Shown here piece by piece: positions 1 to 9,414 of a DNA stretch of 23,076 bases; position 1 is the stretch's first letter; each line of letters starts with the position of its first letter. The position numbers were made by a program, and so were the translations under genes. Origin of the DNA: a phage. The stretch lies in NCBI GenBank assembly GCA_025289735.1, contig GCA_025289735.1_4764.2. One strand, written 5' to 3'. Below the pieces are notes generated by a model. The model did not search any database. It saw only the letters and a list, made by a program, of their open reading frames with translations, and was not told where the DNA came from.

Positions 1-676
1 TATTTGTTTCGGCTTTTAATTGAGATATTTCTTTACACTCTTTAACTACTTTAACAAATAATGCTCTTGCTTTTGTGGCGTCAATAACAAGTAGTTTCTT
101 GTACGCCTTCATTTTAACACTATAAGTTTGCCAAATCAAGTCTTTGGCTACCTTGTCGTGTTCGTCGATTATATTTAGAAAGCTATCTAACAACATAAAC
201 GACTCAAACGATATAATCCGATTTTGCAGTAGTTTAAAGATACCGCTAGTTTCGGTTGCGGGATTGTATGTAATTAGCTCTTTAAGAGTAACCCCTCGTT
301 TCTCTGAGAAGTATACCAGACTTTTAATGTCATCGTCAAATCGTGTTGCTGCATCGGTTATCTTTCCTATGTATTCCATATAAAAGCCGTATGCGTCAAC
401 ATCAGTGATTTCACCTACCCATGCATCGGTATTAGCTACCAGATTGCTTAGGAATAGGAAGTATAATTCTCTTAGATTGTACTTTTCCGCTAATTTCGCG
501 AAATAATACTTATCTCTGCGTTTATTGAATGCGGCATCAGATAACCGCATCCTCCAATTGTATTTTACGCAATCATAACGCCCGTTCATGTGAGCTTTCA
601 TCATGCAATATAACATATACACAGATTTAGCATTAATTCGCATATCTGGATCTGGAGGAAGACGGTTTCTGATCAT
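1..676 (-). CDS. 59: DNA helicase loader gp59 (partial; C-terminal end runs off the window start)
   Basis: Manual minus-strand translation from ATG at 676..674 gives MIRNRLPPDPDMRINAKSVYMLYCMMKAHMNGRYDCVKYNWRMRLSDAAFNKRRDKYYF..., closely matching T4 gp59 as recalled (KSVYKLYLMIKQHMNGKYDVIKYNW..SDAAYQKRRDKYFF). Reading frame is still open at position 1. Absent from the ORF track because it is truncated. Confidence 0.8.
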   Translation of the reverse strand, partial: MIRNRLPPDPDMRINAKSVYMLYCMMKAHMNGRYDCVKYNWRMRLSDAAFNKRRDKYYFAKLAEKYNLRELYFLFLSNLVANTDAWVGEITDVDAYGFYMEYIGKITDAATRFDDDIKSLVYFSEKRGVTLKELITYNPATETSGIFKLLQNRIISFESFMLLDSFLNIIDEHDKVAKDLIWQTYSVKMKAYKKLLVIDATKARALFVKVVKECKEISQLKAETN

Positions 677-685
677 ACATACCCC

Positions 686-955
686 TTAAATATCGAGAGT
701 GTTGGTCGGTTCGTCGATCACTCCCTTCCTGAGTGTTCTATTTACTATACATTCTTGTGTGATCTTGTCAATAATGGACACCGGAATATACTTCTGATAG
801 TGACCATATTCGATAGAGTTTTCCTCTACAAACTGAGTGGTCGCTTCAAGATAAGTCAATCCCTCTTCAACAACCAGTTTTTCGATTGCAAGACCGTTTG
901 CTGTTTTATTCGCGGCTTTTACCGCATGTTCATTAAGCATTGAACACCCGATCAT
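686..955 (-). CDS. 33: late promoter transcription accessory protein gp33
   Basis: 89-aa ORF; segment IEKLVVEEGLTYLEATTQFVEENSI resembles T4 gp33 (IEKMVEEFGMSYLEATTAFLEENSI). Synteny 59-33-dsbA-rnh as in T4. True start may differ; the ORF is shorter at the N-terminus than T4 gp33. Confidence 0.75.
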   Translation of the reverse strand: MIGCSMLNEHAVKAANKTANGLAIEKLVVEEGLTYLEATTQFVEENSIEYGHYQKYIPVSIIDKITQECIVNRTLRKGVIDEPTNTLDI

Positions 956-1208
956 AGAGTTCTACCGCTTCGTCGCGTTCTGCTTCGAAGGTTTCGCGCT
1001 GTTGCTGGTGATACAGTTTAAACAGAATGCCCCACATTTTACCATCTACGCCTAATTCTTCTTTAGCACGCTGTTTGATCTCTTTGATCTTATCGCCATA
1101 TGCTTCTTGAATGGTTTTCTGATCGCTGGCTTCTTTAATCAGTTGTGCCAGGGTATTTCCGTGTACATTTTCATCGAATACTACTTTTTCTTTTTTCTGT
1201 TCAGTCAT
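933..1208 (-). CDS. dsbA: DsbA-like double-stranded DNA binding protein (late transcription enhancer)
   Basis: 91-aa ORF between the gp33-like and rnh-like genes, the position dsbA occupies in T4. Size and charged helical character fit; sequence identity to T4 DsbA not verified residue by residue. Confidence 0.6.
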   Translation of the reverse strand: MTEQKKEKVVFDENVHGNTLAQLIKEASDQKTIQEAYGDKIKEIKQRAKEELGVDGKMWGILFKLYHQQQRETFEAERDEAVELYDRVFNA

Positions 1209-1213
1209 AATAT

Positions 1214-1810
1214 TTAACCCTCTTTCGTCATTAATTGAAAACCACGTTCAGCTTTTGAGATTTCGCTAGGACTTAAATCGTCACCCACATATTCTAGCAT
1301 CATTTCTCGGATAATGTCAAGTGCTTTTTCATCACCTGATTTTAACTCGAACTCAAGTTCATAGTGAGCCTCTCCCATTCTTTCGCCGACTTTGCAATAA
1401 TAGAAAGTGTCTTTGCACATTTCCACTATACCACAACCCATATCTAGAGTCAATGACTTGCGGTATGTCATGACTTGCAGTAAAGGAACGATAAGGTCGG
1501 AGTTTACGCCTAGACTATCAACATAATGATAGAAATCATCCATTGTTGAAAAAGTAATTTCTTCTCGGTTGAAGAGTCCAGATTCACTATCACCTATTTT
1601 GACCATGATCAATGATCTATTAACGTCAAGTCGAGCATAAATTCCTTTTCGACGCAGTGCATGATCTTCTGTATCATAATAAAATTCGTGTTTTAGTGTG
1701 TTAGCATGATCTACTAGATTGTACCCGTCATACATTGCTACCCACAAATCACAGATTGTTTCGACGCCAATTTGTGAGTGTGCATAGTATTTTAATTCAA
1801 GTTCTTTCAT
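1214..1810 (-). CDS. CYTH-domain protein (class IV adenylate cyclase / triphosphatase-like), hypothetical
   Basis: 198 aa. N-terminal ELELK (ExExK-type motif), central FYYDTEDHALRRKGIYARLDVNR (YYDT...R.R pattern) and C-terminal YELEFELK acidic strand resemble the CYTH triphosphate-tunnel fold. Lies between dsbA and rnh, which I recall as adjacent in T4. Confidence 0.5.
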   Translation of the reverse strand: MKELELKYYAHSQIGVETICDLWVAMYDGYNLVDHANTLKHEFYYDTEDHALRRKGIYARLDVNRSLIMVKIGDSESGLFNREEITFSTMDDFYHYVDSLGVNSDLIVPLLQVMTYRKSLTLDMGCGIVEMCKDTFYYCKVGERMGEAHYELEFELKSGDEKALDIIREMMLEYVGDDLSPSEISKAERGFQLMTKEG

Positions 1811-1820
1811 GTGTCAACCC

Positions 1821-2768
1821 TTAGAACTCACCAATTTTCTGCAACATTTTAACTAACGCATTTGTTACAAAATAGTTATAAATTTTACCGCGTGGTGCTG
1901 GTTTAGATTTTTCCCATGCTAACAAAATTTCATATTCGATGTTATCAGGAATAAATTCAAAATCAATAAGTTCGCGGTTTTCGTCAAAGCGTCGTGCTTC
2001 TTCCTCTGTCATCAAAGACTTTGGATCTTCGGCATCGAAAATTTGCTCTAACCATTTGGTTGCAATTGGTTTAGCTCGTTCTCCTTCCAGTCGTGAGATA
2101 ATGAAATCACTACGGCACTTGATCGAAGCTACACCGTCTTTTGCGTCACCCTTAACACATTTTACCATCAGGTCTTTGTAAGGGCTACCATATTTGCATT
2201 TCTTCCACGCTTTCTGTACTGGCGCCCACTGTTTCACGTTTTTGTATTTGTGCAACTGTGTGTAGTCACCATCGCCGGAGTTGATTAGCACCTGACGACC
2301 TTCTACAGAAAACTTTTTAGTTAATACAGCGATTATATCATCCGCTTCAACTTTGTCAACCTTAATAACGTGATAAGGCATGTTCTCTTTAAACTCTTCG
2401 GTGATCTTATTGATCGCAGCAAAGATCATCTCCCAATCACGCGGATCTGCGTCTCGTTTTTCCTTACGGTTGCGTTTATAGTAAGGGGCGATATCACGTC
2501 GCCAGTAACCTTTACTTGAATCAAAGGCAAGTACCGTAATAGGGTATTGCTCTTTGAATTTTGTCATATTATAACGCATGGTGTCAAGGATAAGATGACG
2601 GATCATGCCTTCATTAATAGGATCTTCCGGTTTAAAGGTATGCGAGATAGTAGCAATCATAAGCTGCGACATATCAATCAAATGCACACCTTCCGGTAGT
2701 TTATCTTCTGGATCATCAAAGAAATCATTAAGTGTAGCGGTAGTTTTTGTAAACGGGTTATATGTCAT
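1821..2768 (-). CDS. rnh: RNase H / 5'-3' exonuclease (FEN-1 family)
   Basis: 315 aa; strong similarity to T4 RNase H as recalled (GYWRRD, YYK.NR, MPY, EADD.IAVL.KKFS.EG, DGD.TQLHKY.NVKQW, RSDF..R.EGER, IDF..IPDNI, PRGKIY.YFV). Confidence 0.9.
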   Translation of the reverse strand: MTYNPFTKTTATLNDFFDDPEDKLPEGVHLIDMSQLMIATISHTFKPEDPINEGMIRHLILDTMRYNMTKFKEQYPITVLAFDSSKGYWRRDIAPYYKRNRKEKRDADPRDWEMIFAAINKITEEFKENMPYHVIKVDKVEADDIIAVLTKKFSVEGRQVLINSGDGDYTQLHKYKNVKQWAPVQKAWKKCKYGSPYKDLMVKCVKGDAKDGVASIKCRSDFIISRLEGERAKPIATKWLEQIFDAEDPKSLMTEEEARRFDENRELIDFEFIPDNIEYEILLAWEKSKPAPRGKIYNYFVTNALVKMLQKIGEF

Positions 2769-2770
2769 AA

Positions 2771-2956
2771 TTAAGTTCTCTCCACTCTCACAACAACATA
2801 TTCGCCAAACGAGCTAGATACTTCACGATCATACCCGTACTTCTCCATAACTCGCAGAATTGCATTGTTTAGTTCTGCGCGAAAATAATTATAATCCTTA
2901 TCAGGTATTCTGTCAACTATCCATTTTGCACCGTCTGACAAATCAACTTTAACCAT
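2771..2956 (-). CDS. hypothetical small protein (61 aa)
   Basis: ORF immediately upstream of rnh on the minus strand, with AAGAGGA Shine-Dalgarno about 9 nt before its ATG. No recognised homolog. Confidence 0.5.
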   Translation of the reverse strand: MVKVDLSDGAKWIVDRIPDKDYNYFRAELNNAILRVMEKYGYDREVSSSFGEYVVVRVERT

Positions 2957-2994
2957 AATATATCATCCTCTTTTGTTTCTATCAAGCCTCATTT

Positions 2995-3002
2995 TATAAA
3001 TA
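2995..3002 (+). promoter_or_regulatory. T4-type late promoter (TATAAATA) for gene 34
   Basis: Exact TATAAATA about 28 nt upstream of the gp34 ATG, followed by AAGGAG RBS. Matches the gp55/gp33-dependent late promoter consensus. Confidence 0.65.
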
Positions 3003-3030
3003 TGAACATACTATAAAAGGAGACCCAATA

Positions 3031-6000
3031 ATGGCAGATTTTTCTCAACATTTCAAGGCCACATTTGGCTTTGACGCTGGTAATGAAAAGGTCGTCAATG
3101 TAGCATTGGCTGATAAGAATGTCAACACCGATGCGGTCAACGTTGAATTTTTCAATTACCATAATGGTATTACTCAGTATGACACAACTCGCGGTTATGA
3201 TCAATACGGCACTACAATCTATCAAAACCGTCCGTATTATGCAAAAGAAGATATCGCAAAACCAGCAGGTGACTTTGACCCGACTAAATGGCAAGCACTG
3301 CGCACGGACCCACGTTGGGATTATGTTGCAGCAACTTCCGGCGATACTCCTTTAAAGTCCGGTGACTATATCGCAGCGGACTGTCAGTTTGCAAACTTGA
3401 CATTCTCAATGCCTACTAATCCTGTAGAGGGCGACACTATAACAGTAAAAGATATCGGTGGCAAGTGCGGTGTTAATGAGTTATCGTTCCTTTCGGTTGG
3501 TCATGAGTTCTATCATAATGGTGTGGTAAACAACCGCAAATGGTACTGTACTACCCCTTATGCAATGAACTACTTCATTTTTGTTCGCAATCGCTGGCAC
3601 GTTTACCAGACGGGAACGGAGCCACGCGGGGTATATGCACAACCATCTATCGACCCGATCCAGATGCAAAACGGTGATCAGGTATTTCGTCGTAGTTCGT
3701 TGGGTAATATTACCTTAGTGCTTCCTAAGTTTGCCAACAATGGCGACATGATCCAGACTACAGACCTTGACGGATTAACCGCAACCAACCACGTTACGGT
3801 TAAAGTTCATGAGCACGCAGAAGAACAATCAATTGGCACGTCCGGTCTAAAAGAGATTATCGGTAAGCGTAGCGGTCATGGTATATTCATCTTTGACAAG
3901 ACGGAAAACTTATGGCGTTTGTGGGATGGTGATCAGTCTGTTCGTCTTAAACCGATCATCGATGACACTCGCTTATCCCCTAATAGCTATGTTGCAGTAT
4001 TTGGTGATCGTGATGTTACCTTGACTTTACCGACCAATGTCGAGTCGGGTGATCGCATTCAAGTTTCTATGCAGTATATGCACGGAAACCAGACTTGCCG
4101 AATCATTACCTCAGAAGAGGATACAAAAATCCTTATGCAGAAAAACATGGTTCAGTTTCCTAAGCGTAGCGAGTACCCATTCAATGGGACCGATACATGG
4201 ACGGGAGTGTCTGAATTGTCTTTCAACGCTGCAAATGATTATGTACCTTATCTGGAGTTCTCTTATTCAGAAGGTGATGATGGTAAGAAATACTGGCTGG
4301 TGGCACATGCTCACCCGATTGTAGAACGAGTAGATCCGACTCGTAAAGATCGTGTTGGTGTTATTGCGCTTGCTACCCAAGATGAAACAAACAAAAACCA
4401 TGAAGATAATCCTAGCGACGAAGTTGCGGTGACTCCAAAGGTTCTGGCTAACAAAACAGCCAACGAAACTCGACGCGGTATTGCTCGCATTGCAACTCAA
4501 GCGGAAACGCATCAAGATACTGGTTCCAGCTTCCTGGATGATGTTATCGTTACACCTAAAAAGTTAAATGACTGTGTTGCTACCGAAGACCGTCGTGGTG
4601 TGATGGAAATTGCAACTCAACATGAAACCAACGAAGGTTTAGACGATACTCGCGCAATCACTCCTAAGAAGTTAGAAGAGCGTCGAGCGTCAGAGGATCT
4701 TGCTGGTATCGCTGAAATTGTTCAGGTAGGCGGTAGTGCTGCCGCTCGACGTGGCGAAGCTGGTACAGGGATCTATAACATCAACGACCATGCTAAAATC
4801 GTTACTCCGCAAAACATCAACGAAGTTAAGGCGACCGAAACTTCCCGTGGTGTTGGGTATCTGGCAACTGACGCGGAAGTGCAAGGGGCTACAGAATCAA
4901 CCCCGCAAGATGCTTTACTAATCACGACTCGCACGCTAACGAAACGTACTGCTACCGAATCGCGTACTGGTATCGCTGAAATTGCAACTCAGGAAGAAAC
5001 AAACTTAGGTCAAAGTGATAACCATATCATCACGCCTAAAAAGCTGCATACTCGCCGCGCAACGGAAACTTTACATGGTTTAGCAGAAATTGCAACTCAA
5101 GAAGAGTTTGACGCAGGTCGTGACGATGCTCGCATTTCTACCCCATTGAAGATTAAAACCTTCTTTGAGAATGCACAGCGTTTGAAAGTAGACCCGACTC
5201 AGGGGCTTAACCTTACGGGTGACTTGTGGCAAGGTATCATGATCAGCGGTCTTGATGCAACCGAAGACACAAAAGGTGTCGCTAAAGTTGCTACTACTCA
5301 GCTTACGGATGTTGGTCAAGATGATACTACAATCATCACTCCTAAAAAGCTGCAAGGCAAAAAGGCCACCGAAGGTAAAGAAGGTATTATCCGAGTTGGT
5401 ACTCAAGCCGAAACCGTGGCTGGTGCACTGGCTAATGTAGCAATTTCTCCGAAGAACTTCAAATATGTTGTTCAGACAGAGGATACATGGAAAGCAACCG
5501 AAGCGCGTCGTGGTTTCTTGAAAGTTGCTACTCAGGAAAACTGTTTTGTTGGTGATAATCTGCAAGGTTCTACTCAAGAACTAGGAAACTACCAGCATGA
5601 CGGAATTGCTGTTACCCCGAAAGGATTAAACTACGCACTTGCTAATTTCTTACCTAAGATGGCAACCGCTCAGAATAGTTTGAAATTGGGTAACGTAGAG
5701 GCCGCTAAATGGGCGCGTAGAGACATTGACCAGACCATAGAGAGCAATTACACGTTTAATAAAAAAGTTAACGTGAAGGGCGATTTAGAGTGCTTAAAAT
5801 CAGGTTCCTTTGAAACTCTGTCTGTGACTAAGAACTCGACCGATGTTCCGAGTAATGGTCATCTGGTGTTGGGTGAGCGTGGAGTTGACGGTCACACCGG
5901 AATTACTCTGCATGGCACAACCGCATCGGAAGGCATGAAAAACTCTTGGTCTATTATCGTTGGTGGTACGGGAACAGCGCAAGTTGTTGATAGTGATGCT

Positions 6001-6771
6001 ATCGCTTTCGGTAAAATCAATGATGGTGGAGTCGTTGAGCATTACGCCTTTGCTATGAAACACAATGGCGACGCGACAGCATATAGAGACTTTATTGCAG
6101 GTCGTAACCTGTATGCGAAACAAGGCGGTTTATACATTGTTGACCAGTCTAATCCGGCAATGACTCGTTCCCCAGATGGTATGCTGAATATCGGTCACGG
6201 TGGAAGTGTTAACATCAAGGCAGGTCATCAAACGTTAACTACAGAGATCGCCGGACAGAAATATCAGATCGTACACGCAGGAAACGCTGACGAAGTTCTT
6301 AACCGTCAGTTTGTTAAGAATGCTGGCGATACAATGGTCGGTAAGCTGACTATGGATAATGCGCCTATTGTTTCTGTTAAGCATGAAGCTAGCGCGGCAA
6401 CCGCTCCGGCAATCAGCAACATCGGTTTCTGGAATATGCGCGTTACTACCCAGAACATCAAAGAAACTTATCCAGAGAAGAAAAACGGTACTCTGATGCA
6501 ATGGGGTACTGACGCGGACGGGCTTACCCAGCTTTGGTCCCCCGATGGTACTCATAAACATTATATCCGTTCCGGTACTGGTGGTCAATGGACCGCATGG
6601 GGTGAAATTTACACCAAACAGAATAAGCCTACCGCTCAGGAAATCGGGGCAGTAGTTGCAGAAGGTGGTTTAATGAACTCTATGACGGTTCGTGATTGGA
6701 TCAAAGTTGGTAATGTTAAAATCATCGCCAATAATCTGACTCGTACCGTAGATTTTATCTGGGAAGACTAA
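3031..6771 (+). CDS. 34: long tail fiber proximal subunit gp34
   Basis: 1246 aa (T4 gp34 is about 1289 aa). Shared motifs include VNVALAD, PKPAG.F, W.ALRTD, GD.I...DIGGK.GVN, LWRL.DGD, QFPKRSEYP, ELSFN...YVP.LEF, the repeated ITPKKL...ATE..G.AEIATQ units and C-terminal RD.I.VGNV.I. Confidence 0.9.
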   Translation: MADFSQHFKATFGFDAGNEKVVNVALADKNVNTDAVNVEFFNYHNGITQYDTTRGYDQYGTTIYQNRPYYAKEDIAKPAGDFDPTKWQALRTDPRWDYVAATSGDTPLKSGDYIAADCQFANLTFSMPTNPVEGDTITVKDIGGKCGVNELSFLSVGHEFYHNGVVNNRKWYCTTPYAMNYFIFVRNRWHVYQTGTEPRGVYAQPSIDPIQMQNGDQVFRRSSLGNITLVLPKFANNGDMIQTTDLDGLTATNHVTVKVHEHAEEQSIGTSGLKEIIGKRSGHGIFIFDKTENLWRLWDGDQSVRLKPIIDDTRLSPNSYVAVFGDRDVTLTLPTNVESGDRIQVSMQYMHGNQTCRIITSEEDTKILMQKNMVQFPKRSEYPFNGTDTWTGVSELSFNAANDYVPYLEFSYSEGDDGKKYWLVAHAHPIVERVDPTRKDRVGVIALATQDETNKNHEDNPSDEVAVTPKVLANKTANETRRGIARIATQAETHQDTGSSFLDDVIVTPKKLNDCVATEDRRGVMEIATQHETNEGLDDTRAITPKKLEERRASEDLAGIAEIVQVGGSAAARRGEAGTGIYNINDHAKIVTPQNINEVKATETSRGVGYLATDAEVQGATESTPQDALLITTRTLTKRTATESRTGIAEIATQEETNLGQSDNHIITPKKLHTRRATETLHGLAEIATQEEFDAGRDDARISTPLKIKTFFENAQRLKVDPTQGLNLTGDLWQGIMISGLDATEDTKGVAKVATTQLTDVGQDDTTIITPKKLQGKKATEGKEGIIRVGTQAETVAGALANVAISPKNFKYVVQTEDTWKATEARRGFLKVATQENCFVGDNLQGSTQELGNYQHDGIAVTPKGLNYALANFLPKMATAQNSLKLGNVEAAKWARRDIDQTIESNYTFNKKVNVKGDLECLKSGSFETLSVTKNSTDVPSNGHLVLGERGVDGHTGITLHGTTASEGMKNSWSIIVGGTGTAQVVDSDAIAFGKINDGGVVEHYAFAMKHNGDATAYRDFIAGRNLYAKQGGLYIVDQSNPAMTRSPDGMLNIGHGGSVNIKAGHQTLTTEIAGQKYQIVHAGNADEVLNRQFVKNAGDTMVGKLTMDNAPIVSVKHEASAATAPAISNIGFWNMRVTTQNIKETYPEKKNGTLMQWGTDADGLTQLWSPDGTHKHYIRSGTGGQWTAWGEIYTKQNKPTAQEIGAVVAEGGLMNSMTVRDWIKVGNVKIIANNLTRTVDFIWED
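4369..5566 (+). repeat. intragenic tandem degenerate repeats within gp34
   Basis: At least seven copies of the unit TPKKL-(x)-ATE-(x)-G-(x)-EIATQ-E are visible in the translation. Boundaries approximate. Confidence 0.7.
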
Positions 6772-6776
6772 TTAAA

Positions 6777-6792
6777 GGGGGCGAAAGCCCCC
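6777..6792 (+). other. intercistronic stem-loop (GGGGGC-GAAA-GCCCCC) between genes 34 and 35
   Basis: Perfect 6-bp GC stem with GAAA tetraloop directly after the gp34 stop; no downstream T-run, so probably an mRNA stability or processing element rather than a terminator. Confidence 0.5.
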
Positions 6793-6804
6793 TATGGGGT
6801 TATT

Positions 6805-7944
6805 ATGACACAAGAGATAGAATTACGCAACACTGGAGTTAGGTTTGCGCATTTCGACGAAGACTCTGCGACATTTACAAGCATTTCAGAAAACAACTCT
6901 GTGATGTATAAGCTGGAAGTTCGCGGATCTAATGCGGATTCTACCAAACCAGCAAGGATTAGATTTAATGGAGTGGAGATCGTTGGCACTGGCTATGAAA
7001 ATGGCCTAAATTTTAAAGTTCTTACTCCAACTGGACAACTACACGAAGAAAAGGTATTCTATGGTCGCGGTGCTGTATTGGCAATGCGTGATTATCTTTC
7101 TTTGCTGAAAGGTGACTATATCATTGCGATGGCAACGCATGGAGAATTGTTTGCAGATCCGATAAGTGATGTTGTATTTTCTAAGATGGGATCTGTATCA
7201 TTCCCGAATCACATTTTGTTACAGCAAATGCCTCGTGTATCCTATGCAGCAATTTATTCTACTAAAATGGGTAAAATTGTGTGCGAAGGGATGCAAGCAA
7301 CGCACGGGGAAGGTCAAGATTCGTCTATACAGATCGAGAAAGTTTATGATACTATAGACGATCTTGCAATAACAGGAACACCACAACGATTTTTAGATTA
7401 TCCGGTTGAATATGTTAGCGAAGATGCCGAACATTTCGAGCTAATACAATGGCCTCATGATGAGATCAGCGCACCACTTGAGGATTTTAACATAAAGTCA
7501 GGTGACAAACTATCAATATCCTTTGAATTGTTCCGTGATAGTGCCGCAGCCGCAGCCAACGTAACAGCGCGTTTCTATCACAACTACTTCACTGATGGAC
7601 AATATCAAACTGGCGTTCGTTATAATGCCAGCCAGAAAGATCAATGGGAAAAGTTTGAAACCGTCTATACCGTACCGGAAGGAGTTGATAGTGTTACCAC
7701 TGGTTGTATCAGATATCCAACCAACTCCAACGAAGGTATTGTTAAAATTAGAAACATACTAATAACGCCGATCAGTGGAGTCGTCAAAACTACTGGTCCT
7801 ACTTCATTTGGTGTTAATGGTGTTAGAACAACTCATATTCAGGATAACGGTGATTTTACTAACCCTGTAATGAGTCTTCTTAAACTGCCTAGAGATAATA
7901 AACACATCACATCCAACAACTTTAAAGAGTTCGATGTTGATTAA
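6805..7944 (+). CDS. 35: probable long tail fiber hinge protein gp35
   Basis: 379 aa (T4 gp35 about 372 aa), immediately downstream of gp34 with no separate promoter. Assignment by synteny and size; sequence similarity not confirmed from memory. Confidence 0.5.
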   Translation: MTQEIELRNTGVRFAHFDEDSATFTSISENNSVMYKLEVRGSNADSTKPARIRFNGVEIVGTGYENGLNFKVLTPTGQLHEEKVFYGRGAVLAMRDYLSLLKGDYIIAMATHGELFADPISDVVFSKMGSVSFPNHILLQQMPRVSYAAIYSTKMGKIVCEGMQATHGEGQDSSIQIEKVYDTIDDLAITGTPQRFLDYPVEYVSEDAEHFELIQWPHDEISAPLEDFNIKSGDKLSISFELFRDSAAAAANVTARFYHNYFTDGQYQTGVRYNASQKDQWEKFETVYTVPEGVDSVTTGCIRYPTNSNEGIVKIRNILITPISGVVKTTGPTSFGVNGVRTTHIQDNGDFTNPVMSLLKLPRDNKHITSNNFKEFDVD

Positions 7945-7955
7945 CATTTTTAACA

Positions 7956-7986
7956 AGCCGATCCTCGTGGTCGGCTTTATTTTTAT
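7956..7986 (+). terminator. rho-independent terminator after gene 35
   Basis: AGCCGATCCTCGTGGTCGGCT hairpin followed by TTTATTTTTAT. Confidence 0.7.
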
Positions 7987-8125
7987 ACAGTTGGTTAAAA
8001 CATAACCAAAACGAAGAAAGATCTTTAGAATAATAAAAATTTGTTTCGGTTAAAAAGTAGTCAGTGCCTACGGCACGTCGCAAAGCGACAATTGTTAATA
8101 AATATTTTCATTTGAGGAATCAGTA

Positions 8126-8716
8126 ATGTCTAATCTCTTTAACTATGCTAACCCTAGCAACTGGCAGATCAATATTCCAGATGGACAACTAACAAAAGGC
8201 TTTACTTTAAATGCTCAAGGTGTTACACTTCCTGCTATAACCATTCCACCGACTAAACAAGTTGCTGGTCAATATGGTTTGGCGGTTGCTGATTATCCGT
8301 CTAGTCATGTAGAGTTTGACCCGCTGGTAGTCCGGTTTATTGTCGATGAGCATTTGGAAAGTTATCTAAACCTTTACACATGGATGCTTTCTATAGTAGA
8401 CTACAATAACGGTAACTCCACTGCGTGGAAGGATTCAATGCCGGAAGCCGTTCAAGTTCACATGATGGACAACGAACGACGTAACATTGTGTGCACTTTT
8501 AACTTTTATGGTTGTTGGTGTTCACAATTGGGGGAACTTGAGTTAACATACACCGATGATATGCATGAATCTCTGGTGTGTACTGCAATTCTTCCCTTTA
8601 AAACAATGAGCATTGAACGTGATGGTCAACTGATCGTTCCTCGCCCAGCAATTCAGGCGGCGGATCGTCAGAGGGTGGAAGGTATTAAAGCTATGCACCC
8701 TGCTTTTAGAAAGTAA
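8126..8716 (+). CDS. hypothetical protein, probable late/structural (unassigned)
   Basis: 196 aa with GAGGA RBS. Sits between gp35 and gene 1. Not similar to T4 gp36 as I recall it. Weak resemblance to tail-tube-fold proteins (gp19-like W..GELEL segment) is uncertain. Confidence 0.55.
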   Translation: MSNLFNYANPSNWQINIPDGQLTKGFTLNAQGVTLPAITIPPTKQVAGQYGLAVADYPSSHVEFDPLVVRFIVDEHLESYLNLYTWMLSIVDYNNGNSTAWKDSMPEAVQVHMMDNERRNIVCTFNFYGCWCSQLGELELTYTDDMHESLVCTAILPFKTMSIERDGQLIVPRPAIQAADRQRVEGIKAMHPAFRK

Positions 8717-8731
8717 TAAGAGGCTTATATA

Positions 8732-9388
8732 ATGAAATTGATTGCACTTTGTGGTAAAAAGCGAGTAGGAAAAGACACTGCCGCGTTAATCATTGATGGA
8801 CATAGTTATCAACTGGCAGCACCGATCAAAGAAATATTGTGCGAATGTCAACCAGACTTAGGTCTGACTTATCTTGACTTTGACGGGTTAGGGCGTGACA
8901 GAGAATCCGATCTAGGTATTGATACCTATACCGCGCATAAGTGGTTTATTCAGTGTCTGCTTATGCTAGATTCGAAGTATGGCGGTAGTTCCTTTACTTG
9001 TGATCGTCTGGCTGAGATTTACAAGGTCGTTAATGAGATTGGCGAAAAACATAATAACGTCTGGTCTATTCGTCTCATGTTAACCACTCTCGGTACTGAT
9101 ATAATGGTTAACTTGATCAATCCGCTTTATTGGTGTAATCTCTTCGTTAATGAGTTTATGAAGCGCAAAAATGAAGAAGGTTATTTTGTAGTGGTTGATG
9201 TGCGTCAGCCTATTGAAATTGCTCTCGTGCGTGCTATGGGTGCTAAGGTGTTGCATATTCAGCGTGATACTGGTATTGTATCGACTCACTCCACCGAAAA
9301 AGGAATTTTGCCTATTGACGGTGAAACAGTTATCATAAATAATGGCACATTAGAAGAATTTGAAAGCGCGATTCTCGCGAACATTTAA
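8732..9388 (+). CDS. 1: deoxynucleoside monophosphate kinase
   Basis: 218 aa; clear similarity to T4 gp1: MKLI.L.G.KR.GKDT, YQLA.PIK, DRE.DLG, WSIR.LM..LGTD..VN, ARAMGA.V.HI.R, THSTE.G.LPI.DG..VI.N.G.LEE. Confidence 0.9.
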   Translation: MKLIALCGKKRVGKDTAALIIDGHSYQLAAPIKEILCECQPDLGLTYLDFDGLGRDRESDLGIDTYTAHKWFIQCLLMLDSKYGGSSFTCDRLAEIYKVVNEIGEKHNNVWSIRLMLTTLGTDIMVNLINPLYWCNLFVNEFMKRKNEEGYFVVVDVRQPIEIALVRAMGAKVLHIQRDTGIVSTHSTEKGILPIDGETVIINNGTLEEFESAILANI

Positions 9389-9414
9389 TAAAAAGTTATC
9401 AACAAGTAGGAGAT

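Noticed and set aside
144-383. 79-aa plus-strand ORF from the track
   Set aside because: Lies entirely antisense to the well-supported gene 59 homolog; no RBS; most likely spurious.
2989-3355. ORFs overlapping the start of gp34 (minus 101 aa, plus 78 aa)
   Set aside because: Embedded in or antisense to the gp34 coding region and late promoter; no independent support.
8097-8104. AATAAATA as a late promoter for the 196-aa gene
   Set aside because: Only 7 of 8 match to TATAAATA, with the conserved first T missing; plausible but too weak to annotate as a feature.
8126-8716. Assignment of the 196-aa ORF as gp36 or gp53
   Set aside because: The sequence does not match my recollection of T4 gp36, and a size match to gp53 alone is insufficient; left as unassigned structural candidate.
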